64,000 nucleotides of DNA from Bugula neritina (lineage: Eukaryota; Animalia; Bryozoa): NCBI GenBank assembly GCA_964035545.1, contig OZ037772.1:9417150-9481149 (forward strand), given 5' to 3'. Position numbers and translations under genes: made by a program. Each line of letters begins with the position of its first letter. Position 1 is the stretch's first letter. Positions 1 to 13,610 of this stretch are shown here, piece after piece. Under the pieces are notes generated by a model. The model saw nothing but the letters and a program-made list of their open reading frames with translations, searched no databases and was not told where the DNA came from.

Positions 1-2707
1 TCAAGAGAGAAGCTGCTTGTTTCGAAACTGCTAATTTATAAACTCAAAGATTAGTTAGTGTTGTAGTTAATATATTATGGTGACTTAAATTGTAAAATTT
101 AGGGGGAAATGCTGCTTATTAGAATTTTTTTGCCGAGTAGTTTAGAATTAATATATAACTTACGTGTGAAACATAAAGCATGGGGTTTACTGATTGCAGG
201 TTCATCAAGTACTACTTCACTCAGTTCCTCTGTAACTCCTTTCCTCTGTTTCACTTTCTCAGTCACATGAGTATTTTGAATCAAATGATTCAATTTCACT
301 TGCACCTTCTGCAACTCATTTCTCTTTAACATCAGGTTGTTGTAACAAGCTTCCACCTCATTGGTCACTTTTTTCCTGTGACCTATGACCTTTTCCATGA
401 GTTCTTGACTTGTTTCCTTAATTTTCTTTACCTGTTTTACACAAAAGAATGAAATTAAATTAGCAAATTTTTAAGTTCAGTAATAAATTGATAATATGTA
501 AACAAACAAATTTTAGGTGAAAACTTTTTAATATATTTTTATATGTTTCATAACTATGCAGTGTAGAACTTTCCAAAGAATATTCACTAGCATTCTGAAA
601 TTGAACAAACATATAGAAATTGAGTCTGTAAATTAGGATGCAAATCATAATACATTAAGAATTGCCAGCAGTTGTTGAAAATGAAATATTTAAATGCATG
701 TTACAAATCTGGTTTACTACATAAAATCTTACAACTTAAATCTAAGAATTAACCATAAAATTTAAGTTGGTACGGAATAGTTTTAAACTCACTCCTTCTT
801 TGCGCAACTTTCGGATCTGCTTCACAAGTTTTCCACATGTCTGTTCCTGATCATCCAGTTCTCTCCAAATATTCTTGTCCAGATCATATACTTTGTTTAT
901 CTTTTCTGTTGTAGTCTGAAGTTGAGTCTGTAGATATGTATTTATCTCTTCTCTTAAGGAAGAAAGAGACTTGAAGTTGTGTTGGTTGTCATCTACATGG
1001 AACATTAAAATGGTGTTTAAACTTTGTAGCAGGTTCAATACAGTCTATGTTTAGAGTAAAAAAATTAAATGCTGTGTAAACCTCTTTGCTCAATATTTTT
1101 TTCAATTTTACATAACCTAAGCACAGTAGAATTTGTTTTAAATTGAGGTGTACTATTAATAGGTATTATTATATATGTGCATGAGGGAGCAGCCGAAGTC
1201 TAAGGGTAAGAGCATTTGCTTTGTGAACACGAAGTCATGGGTTTGAGCCCCACAAAGGCCATTGGTGATGTTAGGAAGAGCATTCAGTCATAATTGATCT
1301 TGTGCTTTTTCTTACTAAGTTCTTAGCCAGATTTAATAAAAACCTCTTTCATCAAGGGTTTCTCACAGGAATAGCGACTATAAACTTGGTTGAGTTTCTT
1401 TTTGTATTATATATGTGCATGGCTATTCTCTTATGACAATATTTATCTATGATAATCTGAAGGGTAACATTAATTACTCATACCTGTACAGTCTGTGCCA
1501 TAAACATCACATTCAACACATATCAATCTGTCACATTTCTTACAAGCTTTGATTAGGAGCTCTCCATGCTGTTCACACACTGGTTTAATATAAATATCTG
1601 GTGATTGCTTGTACACTTCAATGTCTATTTCCATATGTGATTCTTTGTAGAGAGCTGTGTGAAGCTGACAAAAATATATTAAACAGTTGTATTTGTGTAT
1701 ATTGGCTAGAAAATTCAATGCAACAAAATTTGGTAAAAAGGTGATTGATTTAAAAAAGTTGACTGATGGCGTGTAAAAAAATCAAATACTGGGGGAGTTA
1801 CTTTTTATATTTTATATATCAATTGAATAAACAGTTTATTATAATTGACTGGTGCTTGGTTGTACACCTCAATGTCTATTTTGTTATGAAATTCTCTGTA
1901 GAGAATTCTATATAATATAATGAACAACTGCTATATGCTCTTGGCAAGGATGAATAGTTCATTTACGTTTAACTCTTCATAAGGGTGTATATGCGAATAT
2001 ATGATGGCTATAGCCATCATAAATTTGCATCAACACTATACATGCAAACCATGCAGTGACATACAAAGATTTGCCCTCCATTATATTTAAGAATTATTAC
2101 CTTTTGATGGTCAGTACAGAATTTTTCTCCACATGTAATACAAAAGCAAATGGCTATTTGACCTTGACATCCATAAGCTGTACAATACAAAGTATCCAGG
2201 TCAGACTTGCCATCTTCTGTTTCAACTTTTTGTAGTTCTTCAAAGTTTAGAGTTTCATGTAATCCTCTGTATAATAAACTGTATTGTGATAAACCTTAAA
2301 TAACCTTGAATATCCTTAGATAGAAATATTAGTTTAAGCACTTTCAAAGATGGGTAAAAAAATTTTTTGGCTTTGCATAACTTTGTAAAACCTACTCAGA
2401 AAAAACTATAAAAAAATTAAACTTTTCAACTGCTGGCTGATAAAAGATTGTTTGCAATAAAGATACCCAATGGTAGCTAACCAAGTGTTGTAGGTTTGAA
2501 AAAACCTTCAACCATACGTGAATCTATTTTTCTAATAACTCACCCACAGGTAGGGCAGGTCACAGAGCCATGTTGGTTGTAGTATCCTTCAATACAATTC
2601 AAACAGAATACATGCTGACAAGGCAGCTCTCTTGGATCTATCATAGACTCTATTCTGGATGCACAGAAACCACATTCATATTCTGGGGGTAAGTGTTGGG
2701 CAGCCAT
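1..2707 (-). CDS. TRIM/RBCC-family E3 ubiquitin ligase (RING + B-box1 + B-box2 + coiled coil), spliced, continues beyond the left edge
   Basis: Phase-consistent GT-AG exons. 2707-2544: MAAQHLPPEYECGFC...LPCQHVFCLNC...TCPTC (C3HC4 RING). 2266-2101: ...CTAYGCQGQIAICFCITCGEKFCTDHQK (B-box1). 1664-1484: ...VCEQHGELLIKACKKCDRLICVEC (B-box2). 992-793 and 431-164: coiled-coil-like. Next exon starts at 27. Confidence 0.9.
1184..1404 (+). mobile_element. tRNA-derived SINE, family 1, in a TRIM intron, with 17-bp target-site duplication
   Basis: Degenerate tRNA-like head with A/B-box-like motifs. TATTATATATGTGCATG is duplicated at 1167-1183 and 1405-1421. Homologous copies at ~22445 and ~52082. Confidence 0.85.
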
Positions 2708-3639
2708 ATTGGTCAGAATATGATGACGTCAAAGCCTAAAAAATAATTCCAATTATTATATTTGTAACAATATCCCATAGCAAGAAATCATTTTGTCTGG
2801 GCTGAAAATTAAATAACCAGCACTTTTTTTCAATTAAAGTTCATTATTATTATATTGAAATATAACAGAGGTTTTACAGTCTTGTTCAAACCATATAGAA
2901 AACTATGTCAATGAGCAAATAGGATTTTTCTGTATCATTTTATATTATGTTTTATATTGTCCTAATTTGTAGAAATGGCCGTAAACATGTCATGAAACAC
3001 CTAAGCGCTCTATAACAAAGGCATAATAAATCTTATAGGCTGTGTAGTATTTATGTTATATAATGCACGGACTGCAACAAATTAGATAGATTTCTTGTGT
3101 GCAACTACAATAAAAGCACCTAGTACTATCCTGTAAAATGATTATTCTCTGCAATGCACTGATATGTACAACTTCTGGCAGTCAATAACTAGTGATAGTA
3201 AATCTGTGCCAAATACAAGTAGGTAGTTGAACAGATTCATTTGGTATAAAATTTATTACAACATGTAATAGAAACATATTGTGACCGCTAGCTGGCAATG
3301 AACGAATAGTAAAAGTGTAATCATTGTTTAGTTCTTAGACCGAGAGAAGAAACCTCCAATCTATTAGTTAAACACAATTATGTTATAACTAAACAAAGCT
3401 GGTGAAATGTATACAACAGTGATATATTGAACTCATTACCACTACTAGTAGATACCGATCACAATTTCAAACAAAATAAAAATACATATTCATAAATTTC
3501 ATAGAAGGTTCACTTCACAGCTATGTAAATAAAATGTGCTACAACAAATAATTAATTATACAATACAATGCAGTGCCTATAATATAGTAGTGCCAAACTG
3601 AATAGTTTATATATCCTTTAAGACTGAATAAGTAACTCA

Positions 3640-4200
3640 CTAGTAATACTACTAGTACTAGTATTACTACTACCAACACTACTGCTATTACTGCTGCTGC
3701 TACAACTACTACTGCTACTACTATACTAGGCCTACCACTACTATACTGCTATTACTTCTGGTAGTACTGCTACTACTGCTATAATGCCAGCACTACCACT
3801 AGTACTACCACTGCTAATAGTACTACTACTACTGCTACTACTACTACTAGCTGACAATATCAATATGAATATTAATATCAGTATCATATGCTTACAAAAC
3901 AAATATTACCAGTAGTTTAAGTATAAGTAACACTGCATTACTATTAGTATTACTATTACTATTGCTGAGTATTAGCAGCACTATTGCTATTAGTATTACT
4001 ATTAGTATTACTATTAGTATTAGATTTAGTATTACTATTAATATTAGTATTAGAAATACTGTACACAAGTGATGTACTACTACTAGTAGTAGTACTACGC
4101 TGAGCCTAATATACTAATAGTAATGCTTATACTTAAGTTATATTATATTTATTATTTATATAATATTATTATCATTATGATTATTATTATTAATACTAAT
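3640..4200. repeat. Degenerate (ACT/TAC/ATT)n low-complexity tract
   Basis: Runs of ctacta/tattag triplets; a smaller similar tract lies at ~4880-4945. Confidence 0.8.
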
Positions 4201-5529
4201 AGTAATTCTAATAGCAAACTCGCACATTTTGCATTATCATTATGATTAATGTATCAGTTGATATTAACTAACAACAGACACAAACTATATACTATACCAG
4301 GAAACCAATATTCAACAATATAGTGTAGTTCAACTACTCACCGGTTAAATTGATAATTGATGATAACTGACAAGCAGTATGAGTATGACTACCCGTGAAA
4401 TTGAATTCAATAACTCAGCTGTTGGTCAGTTCGATCTCTTCACGAGTATCAAAGCAAATGCAAATTGAAATACACTACTCGGCACTACAGCCTTGGTTCC
4501 TAATTGTTAGTAGTTTTCTATGTGAATTTACACTGATGTGAAGCTTTCAATGCAGCTATTGATTTAAGGCTAGAAAGGGGAAGTCCCTAGTTATTGCGAT
4601 ACGGAGAACCACTTGAAAGAGGTAGTACTAAATGTTTAGCTCAGTATAAACAGGGGAAGTCCCTAACTTATCACATGATCAACCCCAGGGTTCAGCAGTA
4701 GCTATAGGCCTATTATTAATATATAGTAATAAGCGTATGTAATTTGTTGATGATAGGCATCACTATAGTGAAGTATTTCAGTGAAAAGACATTAATCTCG
4801 CCATGACAAGCTCACTTACTAGTTATATCATTGCCTGAAAACAATCATGATGATAGTAACACTATTGAACTTTGACTGCTAACTTCTGATATTACTGCTG
4901 CTGCTGTTGCTGCTACTACTACTAGTAGTAAAGCTACTATTACTGTATACGGAGATGATATACTATATAAAGTATATAATTGTACTGAGCTGGTATATAG
5001 GCTACTGTAAGTAGATGATATACTGTATAACATAATAACGTGACATGCTGCATATAACAAGCTCATTTGTTTTATTTATTTCATAAAGTCAAGACAATAT
5101 TTGTTATGATAACTCAACACCAAACTGAATAATACAACAATTTACTGCATTGAGCTGTTTCAATTAATTAAACTAATATAAAGCAAAGCAAAGTATTAAC
5201 ATATTATCATGATTTTTAGTTTGTGAGCAAAATGTTAAAAATAAGAAACTATTTGCTTGAACATTTCCTTTGAATTTTTAAAACAATAATATTTTAATAC
5301 AAAATATGATGATGAAACAATACAAAGTACACGCATACTTGAGAGTGCTGGCATTTTATAGCTAAAGGAATGATCTAGAAAGACCAGACAAGTTTAGCTT
5401 TTGGCAAAATAAAAGCGATTTATGATAAAACATCTCTTTTTATTCATTTGGAGGACAACTTTGTTTACAACTCTATGCCTAGAAAATGTGATTCTCTTCA
5501 AAAAAATCAGCAGCAATAATTTTGAAAAA

Positions 5530-5615
5530 TAATTGCTTCAACTGGGATTCTAACCACAGACCTCTGACTTGCAAGCAGGCGCACTAACCAATTACGCTTT
5601 ACCACGTAGGCTGCT
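5530..5615 (-). mobile_element. tRNA-Ala(TGC)-derived SINE-like repeat, family 2
   Basis: Reverse complement reads ...aattggttagtgcgcctgcTTGCAAgtcagaggtctgtggttagaatcccag...gcaatt. Related copies at ~27487, ~50394 and ~51250. Confidence 0.65.
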
Positions 5616-8149
5616 GCATGGGTTAACTCAACACTACAATTTTCTGCTTGTTTCATCAATTAGAAAGCAGTTTCCTGGTAAGTTTTTTTTAAATTGAAAG
5701 CTTCAATTTTAAATTAAAACAAAATTGTACTTTTTATTCTTTGTGCGGTTAATGTTTTGCTCAATTTATACAAATGTAGGTATTATATATTCATATCAAT
5801 TTAATTTGCAAGATAAATAGGTTTAAATTTATAACTTTATGCTTGCATCTATAAAACTATGTAACGTTACTTATTTTTAATAATCTATATTTCACTTCTG
5901 TTATTTGGGCAGCTATATTGCATATATAATTTACTATAATATTTAAACTATTGTTGAAATAACATTCATTGTTTAATTATCTATAACTATATATAGTTGA
6001 TTACTAATGCAATAATTCACAGGCAGTAGAAAGCTCTGATTGGTTAACTTGCTTTTCCCACATGCAGCCTTAGCACTTCAATTTGTTACTATTCTAATGC
6101 TATCACCTACTCAAGGGCAACTAGTTAAGTTTACTGTTATAATATTGAACCTTGGGCTAAGAATTTTGAATTTGAAATTTTACTTTGCGTTAAACACGCT
6201 GTTTTGCACAACGTGACCATCCATTACTTCTGCTTATTTATGAAATCATCTCAACTTTATGACAATGCTGCTGTGGTTTTGAATAAACTTGTAATACATA
6301 CAATATAATGTATTAAAGACTAACTCAACAAGTAGCAACAGGTTTGTAAATGTATAATAACTTTCATTTTCACTATTTCTATTCACGTCTATAGAAATTT
6401 CAATGTTTTAACCTCTTTTTATTTTAGCAAACACACTGAATTTGATTTTTTTGACCAGTAAAATTGATGACTTTACTAAATTTTAAAGTAATGAAATGTT
6501 AAGAGTTATATTTAGCAAATTATTATTTAGCATTTGACATCGAAATTAAAATAATGCATATACTCATATGCTGAATCTACAACCTACTATAATGCAATGT
6601 TGATGTGAGAGTCCTTCTTTTTATCTTCATGTGGGTTTGGGGTTTGGGGTTTGGGGTCACCGTTTTGATATAATATTTATAATTATACTATTTGTTCTCT
6701 GTAGCTCAATATGTTGGAATATAAAAAATAACCGCATTTAAAATCAAACACTTTGTAGTAATTGGTATATGGAATAGTTGACTATACCAAAGTAACCGTA
6801 ACTTAGTTATTCTATTATCACAGATAGTCGAATTTCTCGTGGGAATCAACATTGACTACAGCTTCATGGCAAGCAGAGCATATAGTTGTCATGTGAGCAG
6901 TATTTGTACCTCAACCTGCACCTGATATTTAGACCACACAATATGGACAAAATTGAATCCATCTGTAACAGTATTACCAAAGCTTTCCACAAACAACTTC
7001 ATAAATATTTTGAGGTAAGGCTGTCAGAAAAATTAACACTTGGCAGCAATAGTAGCAAAATAAAAACCAGATCACAACAGTGATTAAATGTGATTTATAG
7101 TAAGAAAAACTATTTATATTTTGAGTTAAAATTTTAAAAACATTTGATCCAATGTCGAAAAACTTTATCAAAACTTTTTTTCATGATTAAGAAATTTAAT
7201 AATTCTGATTTTTATGCATCTTTCATTTTATTGTCTAGGGTTTATTACAAATTGTAAAGATAATATTATGCCTATTGTTTTACTACAGTTCCCATGGCAA
7301 CATATTTGTTTACAAAGTTTTTTTGACCTTGACCTTTTAGGTGAGAGAGTCAAAGTCAACAGAATTCACCTGCCACACCTCTAACAGGAACTTCAGCTAA
7401 ACTAATGAAGTCAGACAACTCTAACTGCTCATTCTCTCAACAAGGTTACCACAATATTATTATGTTATATTATAATTATATATTATATTATGATATATTA
7501 TTATACAACACTTCTAATCTTATGATCACACTTATATCTTTGTGATGTACTTGTTTTACTAATTAATATTTCATATTTGCAAATGTGAAATTTTCTAGTG
7601 AAAAGTGGTTTTCCCTGAAATGCTAGATAAATAGGGTTTGCTGAAGTGAATGTCACAAAAATAATGAAAAACGCAGTTGCTCATGGCACGACTTCTTCCC
7701 CCCCCCCTCAGTTGTTATTCTAGCATTTTTAAATTGATAAAACAAATGCACAAAATTATTTATAGAGTTTTTTCAATTTCAATATGAGAGACTAAAACTT
7801 ACGGAACTTTAAAAGCTAAGATTCTGAGTTTTCAGATAAAACTTGTCTCTATAGCACATTTTTTCCTTATTTTTAGAATTTTCTTCTCTCCTTTTTTTAA
7901 TGAATTTGTGAATTTAATCTTAATTGCTTAAATGTGCTAATTTGCATGCGACTGTAAACAAAACAGGTATTGAAGCATGGTTTACAAAATTGCAATTCTG
8001 GCAAAACTAAAATGTCTGCAGAGAGTCGGCGTCTTAACCAATTTTCGCCTAAATTATCATTTTCTATCACGCCCAGACATTTATACAATACTAAACAACC
8101 AATTAATGTAAGCATATTGATTACATAACATCAGCTTATCTTGTGATGA

Positions 8150-11100
8150 TACCTCCTCATCGGATAATGGGGAGCCTCCATAGACGTCCTCGAACCTGTC
8201 AAGCGGGTTACCAGTCTCAGAGGCTACAAAATACATAAACTTGGTATTTTATAAACAAATTGTTATTGCAGAAAACGTGCCATCAGTTCCATAAACCTAT
8301 CCAGCTCTATGGGTGGTCCAAAACAACGAGCTGTAACAGAAATGATAACAATATATTGTTTTATGTATATTAGGTTCTATTTGCATGTTTCTACCACTTA
8401 TGTCAGCTTCAATCGCCTCACATATACCTCTGCAATCTCCTCTTCGCCAACTGGGAGCGTCACAGCTAGATATAGCCCGTTTTAGGGTAGAAAATTTAGC
8501 TCTATACTATATGCTACAATAATCAAGATTTTAAAGATAATTTATATATAAGCAAAAGCTGATAGAACATGTAACAATTAAACCAAGATCTTGCCAAGAT
8601 GTTATAAATGCATGGGATACTTTCTAAATGCCAGTTCATGTAGGTCATTTAACTTAAAAAATGCATGTTTATAGTGAAATAGCATTTTAGGCTAAAATGT
8701 TATTTCTACCAAATAGCACAACATACAAACAACCTTCTATCATTTACATAAAAAAACAACCTACCAAATATGAATTTTTTCTCTGCCGTCTCGTTATAGA
8801 GAGATTAGACGAAGGTTACCATCTCATCCAGCCCACCCGGTTCTGCTTGGTCTCCAATTAACATACTTTTATGTCACCAAACTTTAAAAAAATTTTTCTC
8901 TCGACAAATGAAAAAAAAAGTAGCTACAACTTGACACCAGAAAAGAAGGAAAACTTTAATGTTTGTATGTAATTCAAGGAAACTATAAGAAAACAGCTCA
9001 GATGTTAGATTATAACAACACTTTTTCTGCAAATTATATAAAATTATTGCAGGCAGATTGTGTAAGTTCCATTCAATTGAAGCTACTAACATAATTGCTA
9101 TAACACATTGCAGATGCAAATGAATTCAATATATACAAGTCGTTTCCTAGTTAAGAGCTACTCACCAATTACCGCTTATAATGCTGTTGTCGTGGGAGCA
9201 GCTTGTTGTGTGACTCTTAGTGTGGCTTCAGGTGTTGCAGGTATTGTTGGTTCCTGGGTGGCCGATGGAACAGTTTTTGAGGTGACCTTTTTCAGTGTCT
9301 CTAGGCGTGGTAGAGAATGTTGCTCCTTGGGTGGCTAATTAAGCAGTTTGTGGAGTGAGAGGTTGAGCTGCTTCTGCCATGGTCGGCTGCACCGCCTGTG
9401 GAGTTGGTGCCGTTGAGGCCCGGCACACCTTACTCACACACCCATCCCCATGAGGACACTTGATCTCCCAAATAGTCGAGGCTGCAAATAAATTTGACCA
9501 GTGTTTTTTAAGCAAATTAAATAATATCCATCATGGTTTACTTTGCCAAAATGCATTGATAAGTTTCCTTCCAAACCAAAACTTCATGAGATGCAAGTTA
9601 ATTCTACGGAGCAGCTTGTGGAGTGACCGGCTGAGCCGCTTTTCTCGCGTCCGGTCGTGCCACCTGTGGAGCTGGTGTCGTTGAGGTGCTGCACACCTTA
9701 CTCACACAGCCATCTCCATGAGGGCACTTGATCCAGTCTACAGATTAGCGTTATAGATTAACATTATCTTAATGACGTCAGATTTTTGAGTTAAAATTTT
9801 TCAAAATTAAACTATTGCTTATTGACCGTTGGTGAAATGCAAGAGGTAACAGAGAGTGTTGGTGTTTGGCTGGCCTGTAGAGCCACTGGTAGAGTCAAAG
9901 GTTGAGCCACCTCTGGCATGGCCGGTTCTTTGGTCTGAGAAGCGGGTGCTGTCAAGGCCCGGCACACCTTACTCCCACAGCCATCTGTATGAGGGCACTG
10001 GATCTTCCATATGACAGTTGCAACTAAATTTGACCAAAGCTGTGAACCAATGTCTACTAGAACAACATAAAACAGTATAGAAATATTTAACTTCAAAGTA
10101 AAAAAATTGTTGAAGAGATCATTCATACTTTTAGTCTAGCTGTACTTTCTGGCAATTAACAAGTTAGCAAACTTAGATAAGATGAGAACCCTAAACCATA
10201 TACTATGACCTTTATCCTATTGTATATTATAGCTTTTACAATATTTACTAGTATTGTTATTACTAAAGTTTCAAACTATTTTCCTGTTTATGATTGAAAT
10301 TCTAGTGTAGCTCTATATTATTTTTCTTCCATAAAACAAAAATATGAGCCCAAAAACTATAGTTTAGGATTTCAACTACATTTAAACTCACAAGATATAT
10401 GTAAAGTTCTAATTATCATTCTGACAGGGTTAAAAAGTAAAATGCAAGACATTTTATAAATTTACCAAGTTTTTCGCAGTTTTTAGTTTTCTTAGCGGTT
10501 GTAGTCTCGGTATTTCCCATATTACCTATTATAATTTAAATGCAGCGTTTAGTGTTAGTGAGAGTATTCAGTAGCGATGCCGTGACAAACGATAGTGTCA
10601 TCACACTACTGTTTCGTTGAACATTTGAACTTTAGTGTAACTCAAAATATGAAACTAAAACTTGGGATGACCGGTTGTGTCACATCTGCCATGGCCGGCT
10701 GCACCGTCAGTAGAGCTGGTGCTGCTAAGGCCCTGCACACCTTACTTATGCAACCATCCCCATAAGGGCACTTAACCGGCTCTATAAATTAGCGTTATAG
10801 ATTAACATTCTATTAAAATAACATCAGATTTTTGAGTTATAATTTAGTACCATTTCAAAATTAAACTTTTAAGTATTTTAAAAGTAGTTTTTATGCAAGG
10901 CATGGTTGAAGGCTTTGATTCTTAAAACAAAGAGCCTAATAAAGCTTTTTGAATTTAGTTTGGTTTTTATTGAGCTGTTGAACTTCTTGCCAACACAGTT
11001 TGCGGCAACATAGGGGGAAATTCACTGAGCTGTATAAAAATTATGCTGCCTTTAGAAGTTCTGCATGATGCATGTGGTGTTGCTGTTTTTCTAATGCTGT

Positions 11101-13610
11101 CTAAAGGGTGCTGTGCCAAATTAGTCATTACAGTTGCGGTGGAAACACTATATGAAAAATATAACATAATTTTTTAAAGTCCCAAATGTTTTGAAAATAT
11201 TTTTTTTCTTTTTAATGAACAGACACTTGGCTATTCAAAGATGACTACATATGAATAGTTTGCCATGTTTATTAAACAAAAAAAGAAAAGCTTGCAATAA
11301 AAGTGACTGCTTTTTAACAGCAGAAAATAGAGTACAGGCTTTTTGTAAACAGTATCCCACATGGGCACTGATTCTTTAGACATTTGCTGACAATATTATC
11401 TCTCCCCTCAGTTATAGTTAGTTGTGCAAAAACTTTGTTGTAGACCATTCTCCTTGCTTCTCATCTCAAAACAACAAATATATTACTTTGCATAAAAATT
11501 TTAATTATTAATAAAATTCACATACTTGTCTTATATAAGCACCTCTTAAATAGTGCATATATAGCCTACTAAAGCACGTACTCCAATTGCATTGGCTGCT
11601 CTGATTATCAACAACTGGACATTTATATGTAGCTCTCTAGAATATGCCTAAACTAGCGTTGCTTCTGCAGGAATTTTAGAACTTAGACATTTTTACTGCT
11701 GCTTACAAAAAAGTTCTATTATCACAACATTATAGTAATGAGGTGCTACAAATATTTTTATATATATTGTGTGCCCATGGAAAATAGGCGCATCTTTTTT
11801 TGCTGCTCGGCAAATACGAGTAATTATAAAAACCAAAAATTACTCCTAATTGCCAGCACAAATTATATAATATAATTATACTGATTATCTAACATAAACC
11901 AACCTGGTGCATGTTTTTCCTCATCTGATGAGGAACTCAGATCCATAAAATCCATGAACTTGTCCAGCTCTGTCTGGGGCTCACAAAGACGCGCTGTAAT
12001 TAAAAAAATATATTATTATTTTATGTGTAATAAGCATCACTTGCATGTTTGTAACACTTGCATAAGCCTCAATCCGCTCGCAGACTTCAGTTACCTCCTC
12101 TTCACTGACTGGGAGCAACAGAGCTATAATATATAATATCTATTTTAGTTTAAAACAATAGACTTTATATGCACTAATAATTTTGGTTGTGAATAGAACT
12201 TATGTGTGTAAAATCTGAAACTACAGTCCAAAGCACTCACCAGATGCAACCGTGGGGTCTGGCACAATCAACCCGTTGCCACCAGAAACCTCCACCCTGA
12301 AAACGCGATAGAGAGCCGAGGTACAACTGGGCTCAAGAGTCACCGTGAATGGATACTAAAATTGACAGAAAGTCTTCTTTGAGCACAAGGTAAATTTGTA
12401 TGCAAGAACCTACATTTATAAAGGCCAAGCTCATGCATATTAACTCATTATTAGTTTTAAATAATGTGACAATAAGTTGATCTACTCTGTTAAATAGAAA
12501 AAAACCCGGGCTATGAAAGTTGATATATGTTATTCACAGACTACATTACTTGAGTATCTGTAACACTTACAAAAGCCTCAATCTGCTCGCAGACTTCAGC
12601 CACCTCCTCTTCACCGACTAGGAGCAACAGAGCTAAATATAATATAAAATCAGTTTGAGATTAAAACAATAGATTTTATATGCACTGATCATTATAGTTG
12701 AGAACAGAATTAATGTGTGTAAAAGCTGAAGCCACAATCCAAAGTCTTTATTTTCAAGTCCATATTTACTTCAATTTCTAAAAAATTTGCACAAGTAACT
12801 TTATAGATAAGTTCCTTCAAAGCACTCACCAGATACAACCGTGGTGTCCGGCACAATCAACCCATTGCCACCAGAAACCTCCACCCTGAAAACCCGATAG
12901 AAAGCTGAGGCGCAACTGGGCTCAAGAGTCACACTGGATGGATACTAAAATTAGCAAGAAGTCTTCTTTGAGCACAAACAAAACACATTTGTATGCAAGA
13001 ACTTATTTACAGAGGTCAATTCATGCGAATTAACTCTTTAATAGTTTTAAATAATGTGACGGGAAATTGACACTGTCTGTTTAAATAGAACAATAAGTTG
13101 GAATAAGAAAGTTGATATACATTATTCACAGACACTTACGAAAGCCTCAATCTGCTCGCAGACCTCAGCTACCTCCTCTTCACCGACTAGGAGCAACAGA
13201 GCTAAATATAATATAAAATCAGTTTTAGGATAGTAAATAGCTGCTCCACTGTGGTTCAACAATATAAGCAAAAATTAATAGAGTGTGACTTACAAAGTTA
13301 GACTAGCATGTGCTGTGGCCTGTACGCTGCTGTTAAAGGAAGGCCAGGAAGGCCCACCTTGCTGCGACAGCCATTTTCATGCAGGTATTTGATATCCCAG
13401 ATGGAGGCTGCAAAGAAATATTTACTAGAGTTTTGCAATCAAAATAAAATTTTGATCCTGAGGTTTTCTGTCGAATTTGTGCTGTAGTTTCCAGTGTGGC
13501 CGGTTTTGCCGTCTGTGGAGCGGGTGGTGGTGCCGTTAAGTTGTGGCAAAGCTTGCTGCGGCAGCCATCCCCATGCAGGTATTTGATATCTTAAATGGAG
13601 CCAAGATCTT
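8150..13610 (-). pseudogene. Multiply duplicated, partly decayed exon cassettes of an unknown gene
   Basis: Four cassette types, several with AG/GT ends. A (LLxVGEEEVAEVCEQIEA) at ~13140, ~12570, ~12062, ~8400. B (YPxxVTLEPSCxSAxYRVFRVEVSGGNGLIVPD) at 12830-12944 and 12241-12355. C (ELDxFM) at ~11905 and ~8280. D (IKCPHGDGCxSKVCRA) at ~13550, ~13350, ~10730, ~9960, ~9690, ~9420. Several copies have stops, frameshifts or lost donors. Confidence 0.6.

Noticed and set aside
3280-3547. Possible solo LTR (TG...CA)
   Set aside because: No TSD, PBS/PPT or second copy in the window.
5530-5615. Functional tRNA-Ala gene (also the tRNA-like heads at 1184, 22445 and 51250)
   Set aside because: Acceptor and T stems do not pair properly and the copies are divergent and dispersed; one has a TSD. 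These are SINE-like.
6632-6657. (TTTGGGG)3 telomere-like/G-quadruplex motif
   Set aside because: Too short and isolated to support a function.
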